IMG/VR virus record: IMGVR_UViG_3300003323_000115
Location: 2,270 to 66,269 of that record
DNA length: 64,000 bases
From: a virus
Direction: 5' to 3' (one strand)
The number at the start of each line of letters is the position of its first letter. The stretch's first letter is position 1. This document shows positions 27,095-36,600 of this stretch, in pieces. The translations under genes and the position numbers were made by a program. A model generated the notes under the pieces. It did not search any database and had not been told where the DNA came from. It saw only the letters and a program-made list of their open reading frames with translations.

Positions 27095-27120
27095 GTTTCA
27101 TTTCCCCTCGGAGCCTACGT

Positions 27121-28089
27121 ATGAGATTCACCAACAATCATGGCATTGCATTGCCTCTTGCCGTCTGGCTGGCCCATGACGACTACGACTACATCGACGA
27201 AGAGAACTACATCTCAGCGACTCGCTTGATGAAGCCTTTGCGACACATCGTGTTGCCCCAGCGTATGGCTCCGGCAGATCGTGAGCAGATCGATGTGGCA
27301 GATCGCATCGCCACAACGTTCGGCCATGCTGTGCACGACTCCATCGAGAAGGCATGGGCCAAAGGCTATCGTGAGAATCTTGCGAAGCTCGGCTACCCTG
27401 AAGACATCATCGCCCGTGTGGCGATCAACCCGACGCCTGAACAGGCTGCACATCCGGATGTCATTCCGGTTTACATGGAACAACGAGTGATCAAGTCGTT
27501 CCGTGGCTACCGCATCGGTGGCAAGTTCGACTTGGTGGCAGAAGGCCAAGTTCAGGATCACAAGTCCACTTCAGCATTCGTCTGGGTGGCAGGCTCTCGT
27601 GATGACGAACACATCCTGCAAGGTTCGTTGTATCGCTGGCTCAACCCAACGATCATCACGCAGGACACCATGGTGATCAACTACATCTTCACCGACTGGT
27701 CCAAGGCAAAGGCCAAGCAGGATCCACGCTATCCCCAGATGCGTGTGATGTCGAAGGAGCTCAAGCTCCTGAGTCTCCAAGAGACAGAGAACTGGGTGAC
27801 CCGCAAGCTCGACTTGATCGAGAAGCACTGGAACACACCGCAAGAGCAACTTCCGGAATGTTCCGACGAAGAACTCTGGCGTTCTGATCCGCAGTACAAG
27901 TACTACGCCGATCCAACCAAGACCACACGTTCCACCAGGAACTTTGAAGACATGGCATCTGCCAAGCAGTTCATGTCGGAGAAGGGTGGCAAGGGCATCA
28001 TCAAGATCGTGCCCGGCGAGGTCAAGCGTTGCGACTACTGCGATGCTTTCAACATTTGCACTCAGAAGGATAAGTACTTCAATGATTAA
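27121..28089 (+). CDS. PD-(D/E)XK exonuclease (N4 gp42-like)
   Basis: ISATRLMKP, FGHAVH, IGGKFDL...QDHKST, C-terminal CxxC. Confidence 0.85.
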   Translation: MRFTNNHGIALPLAVWLAHDDYDYIDEENYISATRLMKPLRHIVLPQRMAPADREQIDVADRIATTFGHAVHDSIEKAWAKGYRENLAKLGYPEDIIARVAINPTPEQAAHPDVIPVYMEQRVIKSFRGYRIGGKFDLVAEGQVQDHKSTSAFVWVAGSRDDEHILQGSLYRWLNPTIITQDTMVINYIFTDWSKAKAKQDPRYPQMRVMSKELKLLSLQETENWVTRKLDLIEKHWNTPQEQLPECSDEELWRSDPQYKYYADPTKTTRSTRNFEDMASAKQFMSEKGGKGIIKIVPGEVKRCDYCDAFNICTQKDKYFND

Positions 28090-30238
28090 CCTTGACGGAG
28101 TTTCGCATCACCCTGCAATCGAAGAGATTGTGGACGTGCTGTGTGCTCGTACCCAAAACACCGACCGGGGCTTCTTCCGTGTAGAAGCCGCTTACTTCCT
28201 TGGGAAGATGGCAAGCAGCATGCGAGCGACCATCAACACCAAGGATCGAGGCAAGATCCCGGTGAATATCTACGCTCTTGCACTCGCCACTTCTGGTTTC
28301 GGCAAGGGTCACTCCGTCAACATCGTGGAGAACGAATTCATGGGCGGCTTCAAGCGCCGCTTCATGGACGAGACTCTGCCAGTGATTGCCGAAAAGAATC
28401 TCTGGAAGATCGCAGCAGAGCGTGCACAACGTGATGCCACCGATCCTCAGGAAGAGTACGACAAGGCAGAACGGGAGTTCCGTGGTGCGGGTGCATTCCC
28501 GTTCACCTTCGACAGTGGCACGCCACCAGCAGTGAAGCAATTGCGACACAAGTTGCTGATGGCGAATGTCGGTTCGATCAATCTCCAGATCGACGAAATT
28601 GGATCCAATCTGATCGGTGCAACCGACGTGCTCACATTGTTCCTGGAGCTTTATGACCAGGGCATGGTCAAACAGAAGCTCACCAAGAACACGGCTGACA
28701 ACCAGCGTGGTGAAGAGGTCGATGGCAAGACGCCAACGAACATGCTTCTGTTTGGTACCCCCTCGAAGCTTTTCGATGGATCCCAGACCGAAGAGCAGTT
28801 CTACAGCATGCTGGAGACTGGCTATGCCCGTCGATGCCTGTTCGGTATCGGGATCCAAGAACGAAAGGCACACAACACACAATCGGCTGCGGAGATCTAC
28901 GCCAAGTTGATCGCCCCAACCAACAGCCAAGCTGTGTCGAAGTGGCAGCAGCAGTTCCACAAGCTTGCAGACCCGGCCATGTATGGCTGGGAAATGGAAG
29001 TGGAAGACGATGTGGCCATCGAACTGCTGACCTACAAGATCGAGTGTGAGAAGGCAGCTGACCTGCTGGCCGAACACGAAGAGATCAAGAAGGCAGAACT
29101 GTCACATCGCTACTTCAAGGCACTGAAGTTGGCTGGAGCACTGGCGTTCATCGACGAATCCCTGCAAGTGGAAATGGGTCATCTCCGACAAGCCATCAAG
29201 CTGGTCGAGGAATCAGGATTGGCTTTCCAGTCGATACTGTCCCGTGAGAAGACCTACGTGAAGTTGGCCAAGTACATCGCTGCGGTGAAAACCGACGTGA
29301 CGCATGCTGACCTCATGGAGGCATTGCCCTTCTACAAGAGCAGTGCTGCTGGACGCAACGAGATGATGACCCTGGCAACTGCCTGGGGCTACAAGAAGCA
29401 CATCGTCATCAAGAAGTCCTTCGTGGATGGCATCGAGTTCTTTGCAGGCGAAACCCTGGCAGAGACCAACACCGACGAGATGTATGTGGCCTACAGCGAT
29501 CACTTTGCCTACAACTACAGCAACGAGAAGGTGCCCTTCGATGCCTTGGGTCCAATGCTGTTCCAGCAAGCCGGGTACCACTGGGCCAACCACTTCTTCA
29601 GCAAGGGTCACCGTGCAGAAGAGAACGTGGTACCGGGGTTCAACATGATCGTGATCGACGTGGACACCGGACAGTCCCTGGACAGTGCCCACGAGCTTTT
29701 GAAGGACTACAAGTTCATTACCTACACGACCAAGCGTCATCGTACCGAAGGGCACGGTGATCGCTTCCGATTGGTTCTGCCGATCAACTACGTGTTGGAG
29801 CTCGACAGTGAGGACTACAAGGGGTTCATGGAAAGCGTGACCCAGTGGTTGCCATTCAAGATCGATGAGTCTGCGAATCAGCGTTCCCGCAAGTGGGAGT
29901 GCTATGACAAGGGCGAACTGAAGATCAACGATGGTGAGCTGCTGGATGCTCTGCCGTTCATTCCCAAGACCAGCAAGAACGAGCAGTACAAGCGAGGCAT
30001 GCAACAGGTTCAGTCTTTGGACAACTTGGAGCGCTGGTTCGCTCAGCGTATTGCAACGGGCAGCAGGAACAACCAGATGATCAAGTACGCCTTGGCTCTG
30101 GTGGATAGCGGCATGGATCTCATGACCGTGAACAAGCAGGTCCATGCTTTCAACACCAAACTCAACAACCCGTTGAGTGCGGAAGAAATCGACATGACGA
30201 TCCTGACTACTGTTGCGAAGAAGTTCGTGCAAAAGTGA
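28082..30238 (+). CDS. DNA primase (N4 gp43-like; central P-loop region, C-terminal PriCT-like domain)
   Basis: SGFGKG, IDEIGS, FRLVLP, GSRNNQMIKYA; ORF-track start at 27944 is too early (ATG 28082). Confidence 0.85.
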   Translation: MINLDGVSHHPAIEEIVDVLCARTQNTDRGFFRVEAAYFLGKMASSMRATINTKDRGKIPVNIYALALATSGFGKGHSVNIVENEFMGGFKRRFMDETLPVIAEKNLWKIAAERAQRDATDPQEEYDKAEREFRGAGAFPFTFDSGTPPAVKQLRHKLLMANVGSINLQIDEIGSNLIGATDVLTLFLELYDQGMVKQKLTKNTADNQRGEEVDGKTPTNMLLFGTPSKLFDGSQTEEQFYSMLETGYARRCLFGIGIQERKAHNTQSAAEIYAKLIAPTNSQAVSKWQQQFHKLADPAMYGWEMEVEDDVAIELLTYKIECEKAADLLAEHEEIKKAELSHRYFKALKLAGALAFIDESLQVEMGHLRQAIKLVEESGLAFQSILSREKTYVKLAKYIAAVKTDVTHADLMEALPFYKSSAAGRNEMMTLATAWGYKKHIVIKKSFVDGIEFFAGETLAETNTDEMYVAYSDHFAYNYSNEKVPFDALGPMLFQQAGYHWANHFFSKGHRAEENVVPGFNMIVIDVDTGQSLDSAHELLKDYKFITYTTKRHRTEGHGDRFRLVLPINYVLELDSEDYKGFMESVTQWLPFKIDESANQRSRKWECYDKGELKINDGELLDALPFIPKTSKNEQYKRGMQQVQSLDNLERWFAQRIATGSRNNQMIKYALALVDSGMDLMTVNKQVHAFNTKLNNPLSAEEIDMTILTTVAKKFVQK

Positions 30239-30286
30239 GTGTGTTTTCCCCCACCAGGGGGAGCACACCTGAACCAAGGAAAGAGA

Positions 30287-31045
30287 ATGGAAGATACCGA
30301 TGATCAAATCCTGGAGCAAAACGATCAGTTGATTCTGATCGGTGGCTACTCGGGTGAAGGCAAGTCTGCCTCACTGCAAGGCATCCCCAACCAGGAACGC
30401 TGGGCCTACCTCAACACCGAGGCTGGCAAACGTCTGCCGTTCAAGAACAAGTTTCAGCAGTTCCGCATCGAGGATCCTTATCAGGTCCACGAGGCATTCG
30501 ATCATTACACCACCGGCGAAGGTGCTGGAGAGATCGACGGCATCATCGTGGACTCGCTGACTTTCCTGATGGACATGTTCGAGACCCAGTATGTCTTGGG
30601 TCAAGCAGACACCATGAAGGGCTGGAGCAACTATGCCCAGTTCTTCAAGCGGCTGATGCAGCAGAAGGTGACAGCCTTCGGAAAGCCAGTCATCATCATC
30701 GCCCACGTTCTGGATATCCTGGACGAACGAGCGATGGAGATGAAGGTCAGTGTGCCCATCAAGGGCTCGCTGAAGAACAACGGTGTGGAAGCCTACTTCT
30801 CCACTGTGGTTCATGCCAAGAAGATTGACGTGAAGTCCCTCAAGGACTACAAGTCTTCCCTCTTGAACATCACGGAAGAAGAGAAGGAACTGGGCTACAA
30901 GCACGTGTTCCAGACTCGTCCGACCAAGACCACCGTTGGTGCACGTATCCGTTCACCGATGGGGCTGTTCACGAAGGATCAAACCTTCATGGACAACAAC
31001 GCAGCACTCCTGCTGCAACACCTGGAAGATTTCTACAAGCCGTAA
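30287..31045 (+). CDS. Sak4-like AAA ATPase (N4 gp44-like)
   Basis: GYSGEGKS, LNTEAGK, IIVDSLTF, IIIAH; AAGGA SD before ATG 30287. Confidence 0.85.
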   Translation: MEDTDDQILEQNDQLILIGGYSGEGKSASLQGIPNQERWAYLNTEAGKRLPFKNKFQQFRIEDPYQVHEAFDHYTTGEGAGEIDGIIVDSLTFLMDMFETQYVLGQADTMKGWSNYAQFFKRLMQQKVTAFGKPVIIIAHVLDILDERAMEMKVSVPIKGSLKNNGVEAYFSTVVHAKKIDVKSLKDYKSSLLNITEEEKELGYKHVFQTRPTKTTVGARIRSPMGLFTKDQTFMDNNAALLLQHLEDFYKP

Positions 31046-31099
31046 GCAAAAGCAGAGATCAACCATAGAGAAACCAAGAGATAGAGAAGAGAGAAAATC

Positions 31100-31849
31100 A
31101 TGAGCTTGTTTGGAAACCTCAGCAAGAATGGCCTCGAAGAATCGCAAGACCGCATTGGCGGCTTCGGTGCGGTCGAGTCCGACTACTACGCCGCCATCAT
31201 CAGGCAGGCGTACGCCACGACTGCCAAGAGCGGTGCCAAGGCAGTGAACTTCGAGTTCGCACTGCCGGGTGGCAAGCCGCTGCGCACGACGATCTACGTC
31301 ACGGACAAGGAAGGGAAGAACTACTTCCTGAACAAGGACGACAAGACGAAGAAGGTGCCGCTGCCTGGCTTCACGACCGTGGACGACATCTGCCTGTGCA
31401 CGGTGGAGAAGGATCTGTCCGAGGTGGATGTCGAAGAGAAGGTCGTCAAGATCTACGACTTCGAAGCCAAGAAGGAAGTCCCGACCAACGTGCCGGTGCT
31501 GATCGAACTGATCGGCAAGACGGTCGGCCTGGGCATCCTCAAGGTGCTGGAGAACAAGTCCGTCAAGGACGCCAACGGCGAGTACCAGCCCACCAACGAA
31601 ACCCGTGAGATCAATGAGATCGACAAGGTGTTTCACGACGAGACCGGCTACACCGTCGTCGAAGTGCGTGCTGGCCTGGAAGCGCCATCCTTCAAGGATG
31701 GCTGGATCGAACGCAACAAGGGCAAGACCCGTGACAAGCGTAAGCTGAAGGAAGGCCAAGCCGGTGCTCCCCAGAGCAACGCCAAGGCAGCACCTCAAGC
31801 CGGTGCGGCTCCGGCCGGTGAACGCAAGAGCCTCTTCGGCAAGAAGTAA
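31100..31849 (+). CDS. Single-stranded DNA-binding protein and late transcription activator (N4 gp45-like)
   Basis: Synteny; low-complexity tail ending KSLFGKK as in N4SSB. Confidence 0.85.
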   Translation: MSLFGNLSKNGLEESQDRIGGFGAVESDYYAAIIRQAYATTAKSGAKAVNFEFALPGGKPLRTTIYVTDKEGKNYFLNKDDKTKKVPLPGFTTVDDICLCTVEKDLSEVDVEEKVVKIYDFEAKKEVPTNVPVLIELIGKTVGLGILKVLENKSVKDANGEYQPTNETREINEIDKVFHDETGYTVVEVRAGLEAPSFKDGWIERNKGKTRDKRKLKEGQAGAPQSNAKAAPQAGAAPAGERKSLFGKK

Positions 31850-31854
31850 GGCTG

Positions 31855-32412
31855 ATGCGTATCCCAGTCGTGGGCTTCGACCCCAGTATGAGGCACTGGG
31901 GTATTGCTGAAGGCACTCTCGATCTGGAGACGGGCTTTCTTGATGACCTTCACCTGTCGCTCATTGAGCCAAAGGAGAAGACTCACAAGCAAGTCCGTAC
32001 CAATTCAATTGACATGACCATCGCTGAAGAGTTGTATTTCACTGCTCTGCCTGCCGCGAAGAAGGCAAAGGCCATCTTCGTAGAGGTGCCCGTGGGCTCC
32101 CAGTCGGCATCCGGCATGAAGGCCTATGGCATGTGTGTTGGCATCCTTGGTTCCATGAGAGCCGAGGGCATCCAACTGATCGAGGTAACGGCCTCCGAAG
32201 TCAAGGTTGCCTTGGCGGGCAAGAAGCTCGCAACGAAGGAAGAGATGATTTCAGCAGGCGTGAGCCTGTATCCGCAAGCGAACTGGCCCCGACACAGGGG
32301 TGAGATCGTAGCGAGAGCAGAGCATGTCGCTGATGCCATCGGAGCCATTCATGCAGGAGTTCGTACTCCTGTATTCCAAAACATGCTCCGATTACTCGGA
32401 GCGAAACCGTGA
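31855..32412 (+). CDS. ruvC: RuvC-like Holliday junction resolvase
   Basis: VVGFDPS, FVEVP, EVKVAL...ATKEEMI, EHVADAIGA. Confidence 0.8.
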   Translation: MRIPVVGFDPSMRHWGIAEGTLDLETGFLDDLHLSLIEPKEKTHKQVRTNSIDMTIAEELYFTALPAAKKAKAIFVEVPVGSQSASGMKAYGMCVGILGSMRAEGIQLIEVTASEVKVALAGKKLATKEEMISAGVSLYPQANWPRHRGEIVARAEHVADAIGAIHAGVRTPVFQNMLRLLGAKP

Positions 32413-32423
32413 GAGAACAGCGT

Positions 32424-32942
32424 ATGCAAATTCAACTGAACCAAGCCGAGATCGAGACCGCGATCCGTGAGTACGTGCACCAGCAGATCAACGTGCGCGA
32501 AGGCATGCAGATCGACATCACCCTCAAGGCCACCCGTGGCGAAGACGGCCAGACGGCCATCATCGACATCGTGCCCAAGAAGGAACCCGTTGTCGCAGCC
32601 CCGGCTGTCCAACGTCGTCCTCGTGTGACTCCCGTCAACCAGACCAAGGAAGAACCGAACACCGCTGGTGTTCGCACCGATCTGGTCCTGGACAAGGCAA
32701 CTGGCACCATCAAGACCGAGACGGCCGGTGAAGCCCAGGGCGAAGTCGAACAGGGAAACGTCGGCGACGGCGAGCAGCAGAGCCTGGACGAAGGCAGCAA
32801 CTCGACTTCTTCGGATGTGGGTGCGACGGATGGCACTGCCGACGCTGCTTCCCAGTCGGGTGAACAACAAGCAGTGGAGCAAGCGGGCGAGAAACCGCGT
32901 AGCTCCCTGTTCGCAGGTCTCAGCCGTCCGAAGAACTCCTGA
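32424..32942 (+). CDS. N4-conserved hypothetical protein with disordered acidic tail
   Basis: MQIQLNQAEIETAI...ATRGEDG. Confidence 0.8.
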   Translation: MQIQLNQAEIETAIREYVHQQINVREGMQIDITLKATRGEDGQTAIIDIVPKKEPVVAAPAVQRRPRVTPVNQTKEEPNTAGVRTDLVLDKATGTIKTETAGEAQGEVEQGNVGDGEQQSLDEGSNSTSSDVGATDGTADAASQSGEQQAVEQAGEKPRSSLFAGLSRPKNS

Positions 32943-32944
32943 GC

Positions 32945-33097
32945 ATGCTCAAGGCCCTCCTAGTTGGGGCCTTGGCTGTGATGGCAGTTCTAGCGATAGC
33001 ACAGGCCATTGTCGTCATCGCCCCCTATTTGGCGATCTGCGTTGTGATAGGATTCTTCGTGTGGTTAGCCTTCAAGGATGACCCACCTAAGAAGTAG
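32945..33097 (+). CDS. Small membrane protein (50 aa, not in ORF track)
   Basis: MLKALLVGALAVMAVLAIAQAIVVIAPYLAICVVIGFFVWLAFKDDPPKK; usual last rightward gene of N4-like phages. Confidence 0.7.
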   Translation: MLKALLVGALAVMAVLAIAQAIVVIAPYLAICVVIGFFVWLAFKDDPPKK

Positions 33098-33126
33098 CCC
33101 AGCAACATCCGCACAGGGGCAAAAAC

Positions 33127-33157
33127 AAAAGGCCTCCCAGAAATGGGAGGCCTTTTT
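33127..33157. terminator. Bidirectional terminator at the convergence point
   Basis: AAAAGGCCTCCCA-GAAA-TGGGAGGCCTTTT with A and T tracts on both sides. Confidence 0.9.
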
Positions 33158-33250
33158 CTTTGGGGGTGCTTAGTGTCTAGGGTGCCAGCCAGAACGACTG
33201 GCAACGGGGAGATTACGCAGCCCCGTCACCTCCACCATCAAGGAACCAAC

Positions 33251-33658
33251 ATGAGATACATCATCAACACGGAGATCGGACTGCTTGCCGATGCCATCCT
33301 ACGTGGTGGTTTTACTGGCGAGGCCAAGTTCTCCAACAACGGTTGTACAGGTACCGTTGAGATCTTCGGGGACGACTTCATTGCATTGGAGCTCACCGGC
33401 TTCTGCAAAGAGACGTTGTTCATCGCTTACGACACCGAAGAAAAAGACTACATCCTGGTCGGTCGCTACGACATCCGTAATCGTTTCATCGAAGTACCCA
33501 CTGTAGACGATATCGTCAAGCTGGCTTGGAGTACCTACAAGGACTACAAGAGCAGCAAGGAATGGGGCCGTCCTACCGAGTGGGACAGCCTCTGGAAGAA
33601 AGCGGGCTACATCACCACCAAGACCATCCAGAAGACGGTCGAGGTGGAGAAGGATTAG
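33251..33658 (+). CDS. Hypothetical protein (135 aa) inserted downstream of the terminator
   Basis: AAGGA SD and ATG 33251; its stop overlaps the vRNAP stop. Confidence 0.75.
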   Translation: MRYIINTEIGLLADAILRGGFTGEAKFSNNGCTGTVEIFGDDFIALELTGFCKETLFIAYDTEEKDYILVGRYDIRNRFIEVPTVDDIVKLAWSTYKDYKSSKEWGRPTEWDSLWKKAGYITTKTIQKTVEVEKD

Positions 33659-36600
33659 AACAGGATGTTCGCCCAGGGATTCAAGTGCAGTGCACGGAAG
33701 CCCTGACCAATACCCAACGACCCCCACAGGGAGCCACTGAGCCCCTTGCTGAACAGGTTATCCCCGAGAGGTGTACCCACCCCACTGGGAGCCGGTGTCA
33801 GGCCCGCCAGCAGTGCGTTGACGGGGTTGTTGCGGATCATGGACAGAGCCACCTTGGTCGAACGAATCTTGAAGTTGTAGAACCACATCATCCCCATGGC
33901 TTCCATGTAGCCACGGAAGCGTCCAGGCAGACGATCGTAGTTGACGAACTCTTCGGTCACTCGTGCCAACGCTTGCTCCTTCGTGAGCTTCTTCCGCATC
34001 GTCAGATCGTCATAGAGGACGGCCTTGGCCAGGAAGTCACCATACTCGACCGCCTTCTGAAGGCCTTCGAACAGTGCGGTGTCTTTCGTGACAAGTGCAT
34101 ACCGTCCCACGGTCTGGGCAGCGCCCGGAAGTTTGCTCACGAGACGTTCCATGTACGCATGGAGTCGTCCTTCGCTCAGCAGGATCTCATCCCTGCTGAT
34201 ACCTGCGTCGGAAATGGAACTGAACTCACCTGCTTCAATCAGGGGCCAGATCGACAGACGGCGATGGCTGTCTTCAATCGACTGGATCTCTGCTTGCAAC
34301 TTCCTGGTGAGCACGGTGTTGCCTTCAGCAGCACGTAGCTCAGCCTCAGCATCGATTGCTCGCAGCTTGCTCTTCACATAGGCGTTGACCTCCGCAGTCT
34401 TGCGGGGGAATTGACGCACCATGGAACCAAGAGGAACACCACGTCCGGCGAGTTGATACAAATTCGAGACGAAGTTTGCAGCAGGAACGATCATCGACTT
34501 CACGACGATGATCACTCGTGCATCCTGCACGAAGTTCTGGACCGTCTTTTCCGCTTGGACCAGGTAACGATACGCTTCGTTGCCGAAGACGGAGATTGCC
34601 AGATTGCGAACCTGATCTTGAGTTGCTTGGCTCCAGCGAGTGGTACCAGTCCATGCGTCACCAATGGACGCCTGACGGTACCCCATCGCATCCTCAAGCA
34701 TGTCCTTGCGCACCCAGAAATGGTCTTTGCCAAACAGAGCCTGTGCAGTCCTCTTGGTCTGTGCAGTCATCAACGACACCGCGTCACTCAGAACCGGATC
34801 CTTAGCCAGTGCCCTCTTGTCAAAGAGGTCCACGTATTGATCTTTCCCAGTGCCTCGCTGTTGGTCGGCTTCCCATACCTTGTGCAGGGCCTCGATCAGA
34901 TACTCGTTATAGATCTGACCCGATTGCTCTTCTGCTTGACGACCACGCCAGATGCCGATGTTCTTGGCAAGGTGCGTGTTGTATTGCAGACGCTGAAGCT
35001 GTGCGGGATCGATGCTGCGTTCGAACGCAACCGCAACACCCATCTCGTTGTACACGGGGAGAAGATTCTCCGTTGCTTTCTCCTTACCCATATCACGGAA
35101 GATCTTGGCCACAAGCTGACGATCCGTAATGCGACCAGCAGTCATCCCCATGGTGAAGCCAGTTGCAGCATCCACACCGTTCACGGTAGTGCGAACGTTC
35201 TGGAGAATGCCTTGATTGAAGGTTGCACGACTCGGCGTTGCCGAGAAGTAGTAACCACGGCTGGACTTGGTTGGATCGATGTTCGATCCAGCATAGTCAC
35301 CGATGCGCTTGTACGAGCGCTCAGCCAAGTCCTTGAAATTGCTGTCATCAGCAACGATGAGAGACAGACTCTCCGCTTGATTGGAGGGGATGTAGCCCTT
35401 GTAGTTGTTGAACTCAGCCTTGCCCGAGATGGAAGTCTTCGACTGTTCCTCGGCACGCTGACCAACCAGATACGACAGAGCAAATGCAACCCCAACCTTC
35501 TCGGTTTGAACCAAGGAAGACAGGGACTTGAGATCAGGCTCGGCCTGTGCATCGAGTGCATACAGCGAGGTCAGATGGTCCACTGCACGAATGAGTGCAT
35601 CACTGGGTTTGTCTCGACCACGAGACACTTTTTCTCCGAACAGATTTGCAATGGCGGTAGCGTTGCGCAGCAGGTTCACACCAGCTTCGCCAGTACGCAT
35701 GAACGTTGCAAGCTGTTCGGATTTTTCTTTGAGGCGCTTGGCATTATCCGGATCGATCCGAGCAATGTCGGCTTCCAGAGACTTGATCTCTGCGGTCCGT
35801 GCAGTCTTGTCGTCGATCAGGTTGAGCACCTTGGTGGTGGTCATGCCCGTTGCAACAAGAGATGCAAGGTCAGTCTTCGCCACACCATTGTGAAGAGTGG
35901 TCCACTCACTGTCAGACAGTGAACGAGTGAACTTCTTGGCAATGGTGGTGGGCACGTGTTCCACGTAAGCCTGACGGACTTGAGTCACGTATGCACGAAC
36001 CTTCTTGATCTTGTCGTAGACCTCAGCGTTCTCGCTGGTACGACCGATCATGTCAGTGAGCAGATTCTTCAGCGGAGCCCACAGCTTCGAACGATTCACC
36101 TCATGCTGGAGACCGTTGGCAACCTTCTCAGCAATAGATTCGCTGGTGATTGCAGCCATGATCTTGGCCAGCTTTGCAGTCTGAGTCACGAGAGTTCCGC
36201 TGTTGCTGTTGATGACAGCATCAGCCTTGTCCACAACCTTCTTCGACAGGGCTTCGAGAGCCTGCTTGGCCTTCTCATTGGCTTGATCCACGAAACCGCC
36301 AGTCTTCGAGAAGTACTCTTCGAAGGTGTTGTTTCGTTCTTGGGTCGAGTCGATGATGTGATTCATCAGCGCATCAAGCTGACCTTGAACATTTGTGCTC
36401 TTGCCTTCACCAGACATGCGAGCAGCCAGCGATTCCATGGCAGTGTTGCCAATCGCTTCGAGCACACCATCCAGAGTACCCCAGTTCTTATCAGCACCCT
36501 TAGGCAGTTCCATCTTGGACAGTGCCGTACGCAGCTTCTCCGAGGTCATCGAGAGAGCCAGGAACTGAGAGAGAAGGGTCGAACGACCTTCCGAATCCAC

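Larger units (their letters stand above)
413..30280 (+). repeat. Dispersed 12-mer CTGAACCAAGGA (seven exact copies found by eye)
   Basis: Copies at 413, 4214, 11030, 16378, 21732, 27052 and 30269; variants at 1733, 6534 and 21085. Confidence 0.8.

Noticed and set aside
30241-30266. Hairpin after the primase as a terminator
   Set aside because: Bulged stem with no U-tract; at most a processing or pausing stem.
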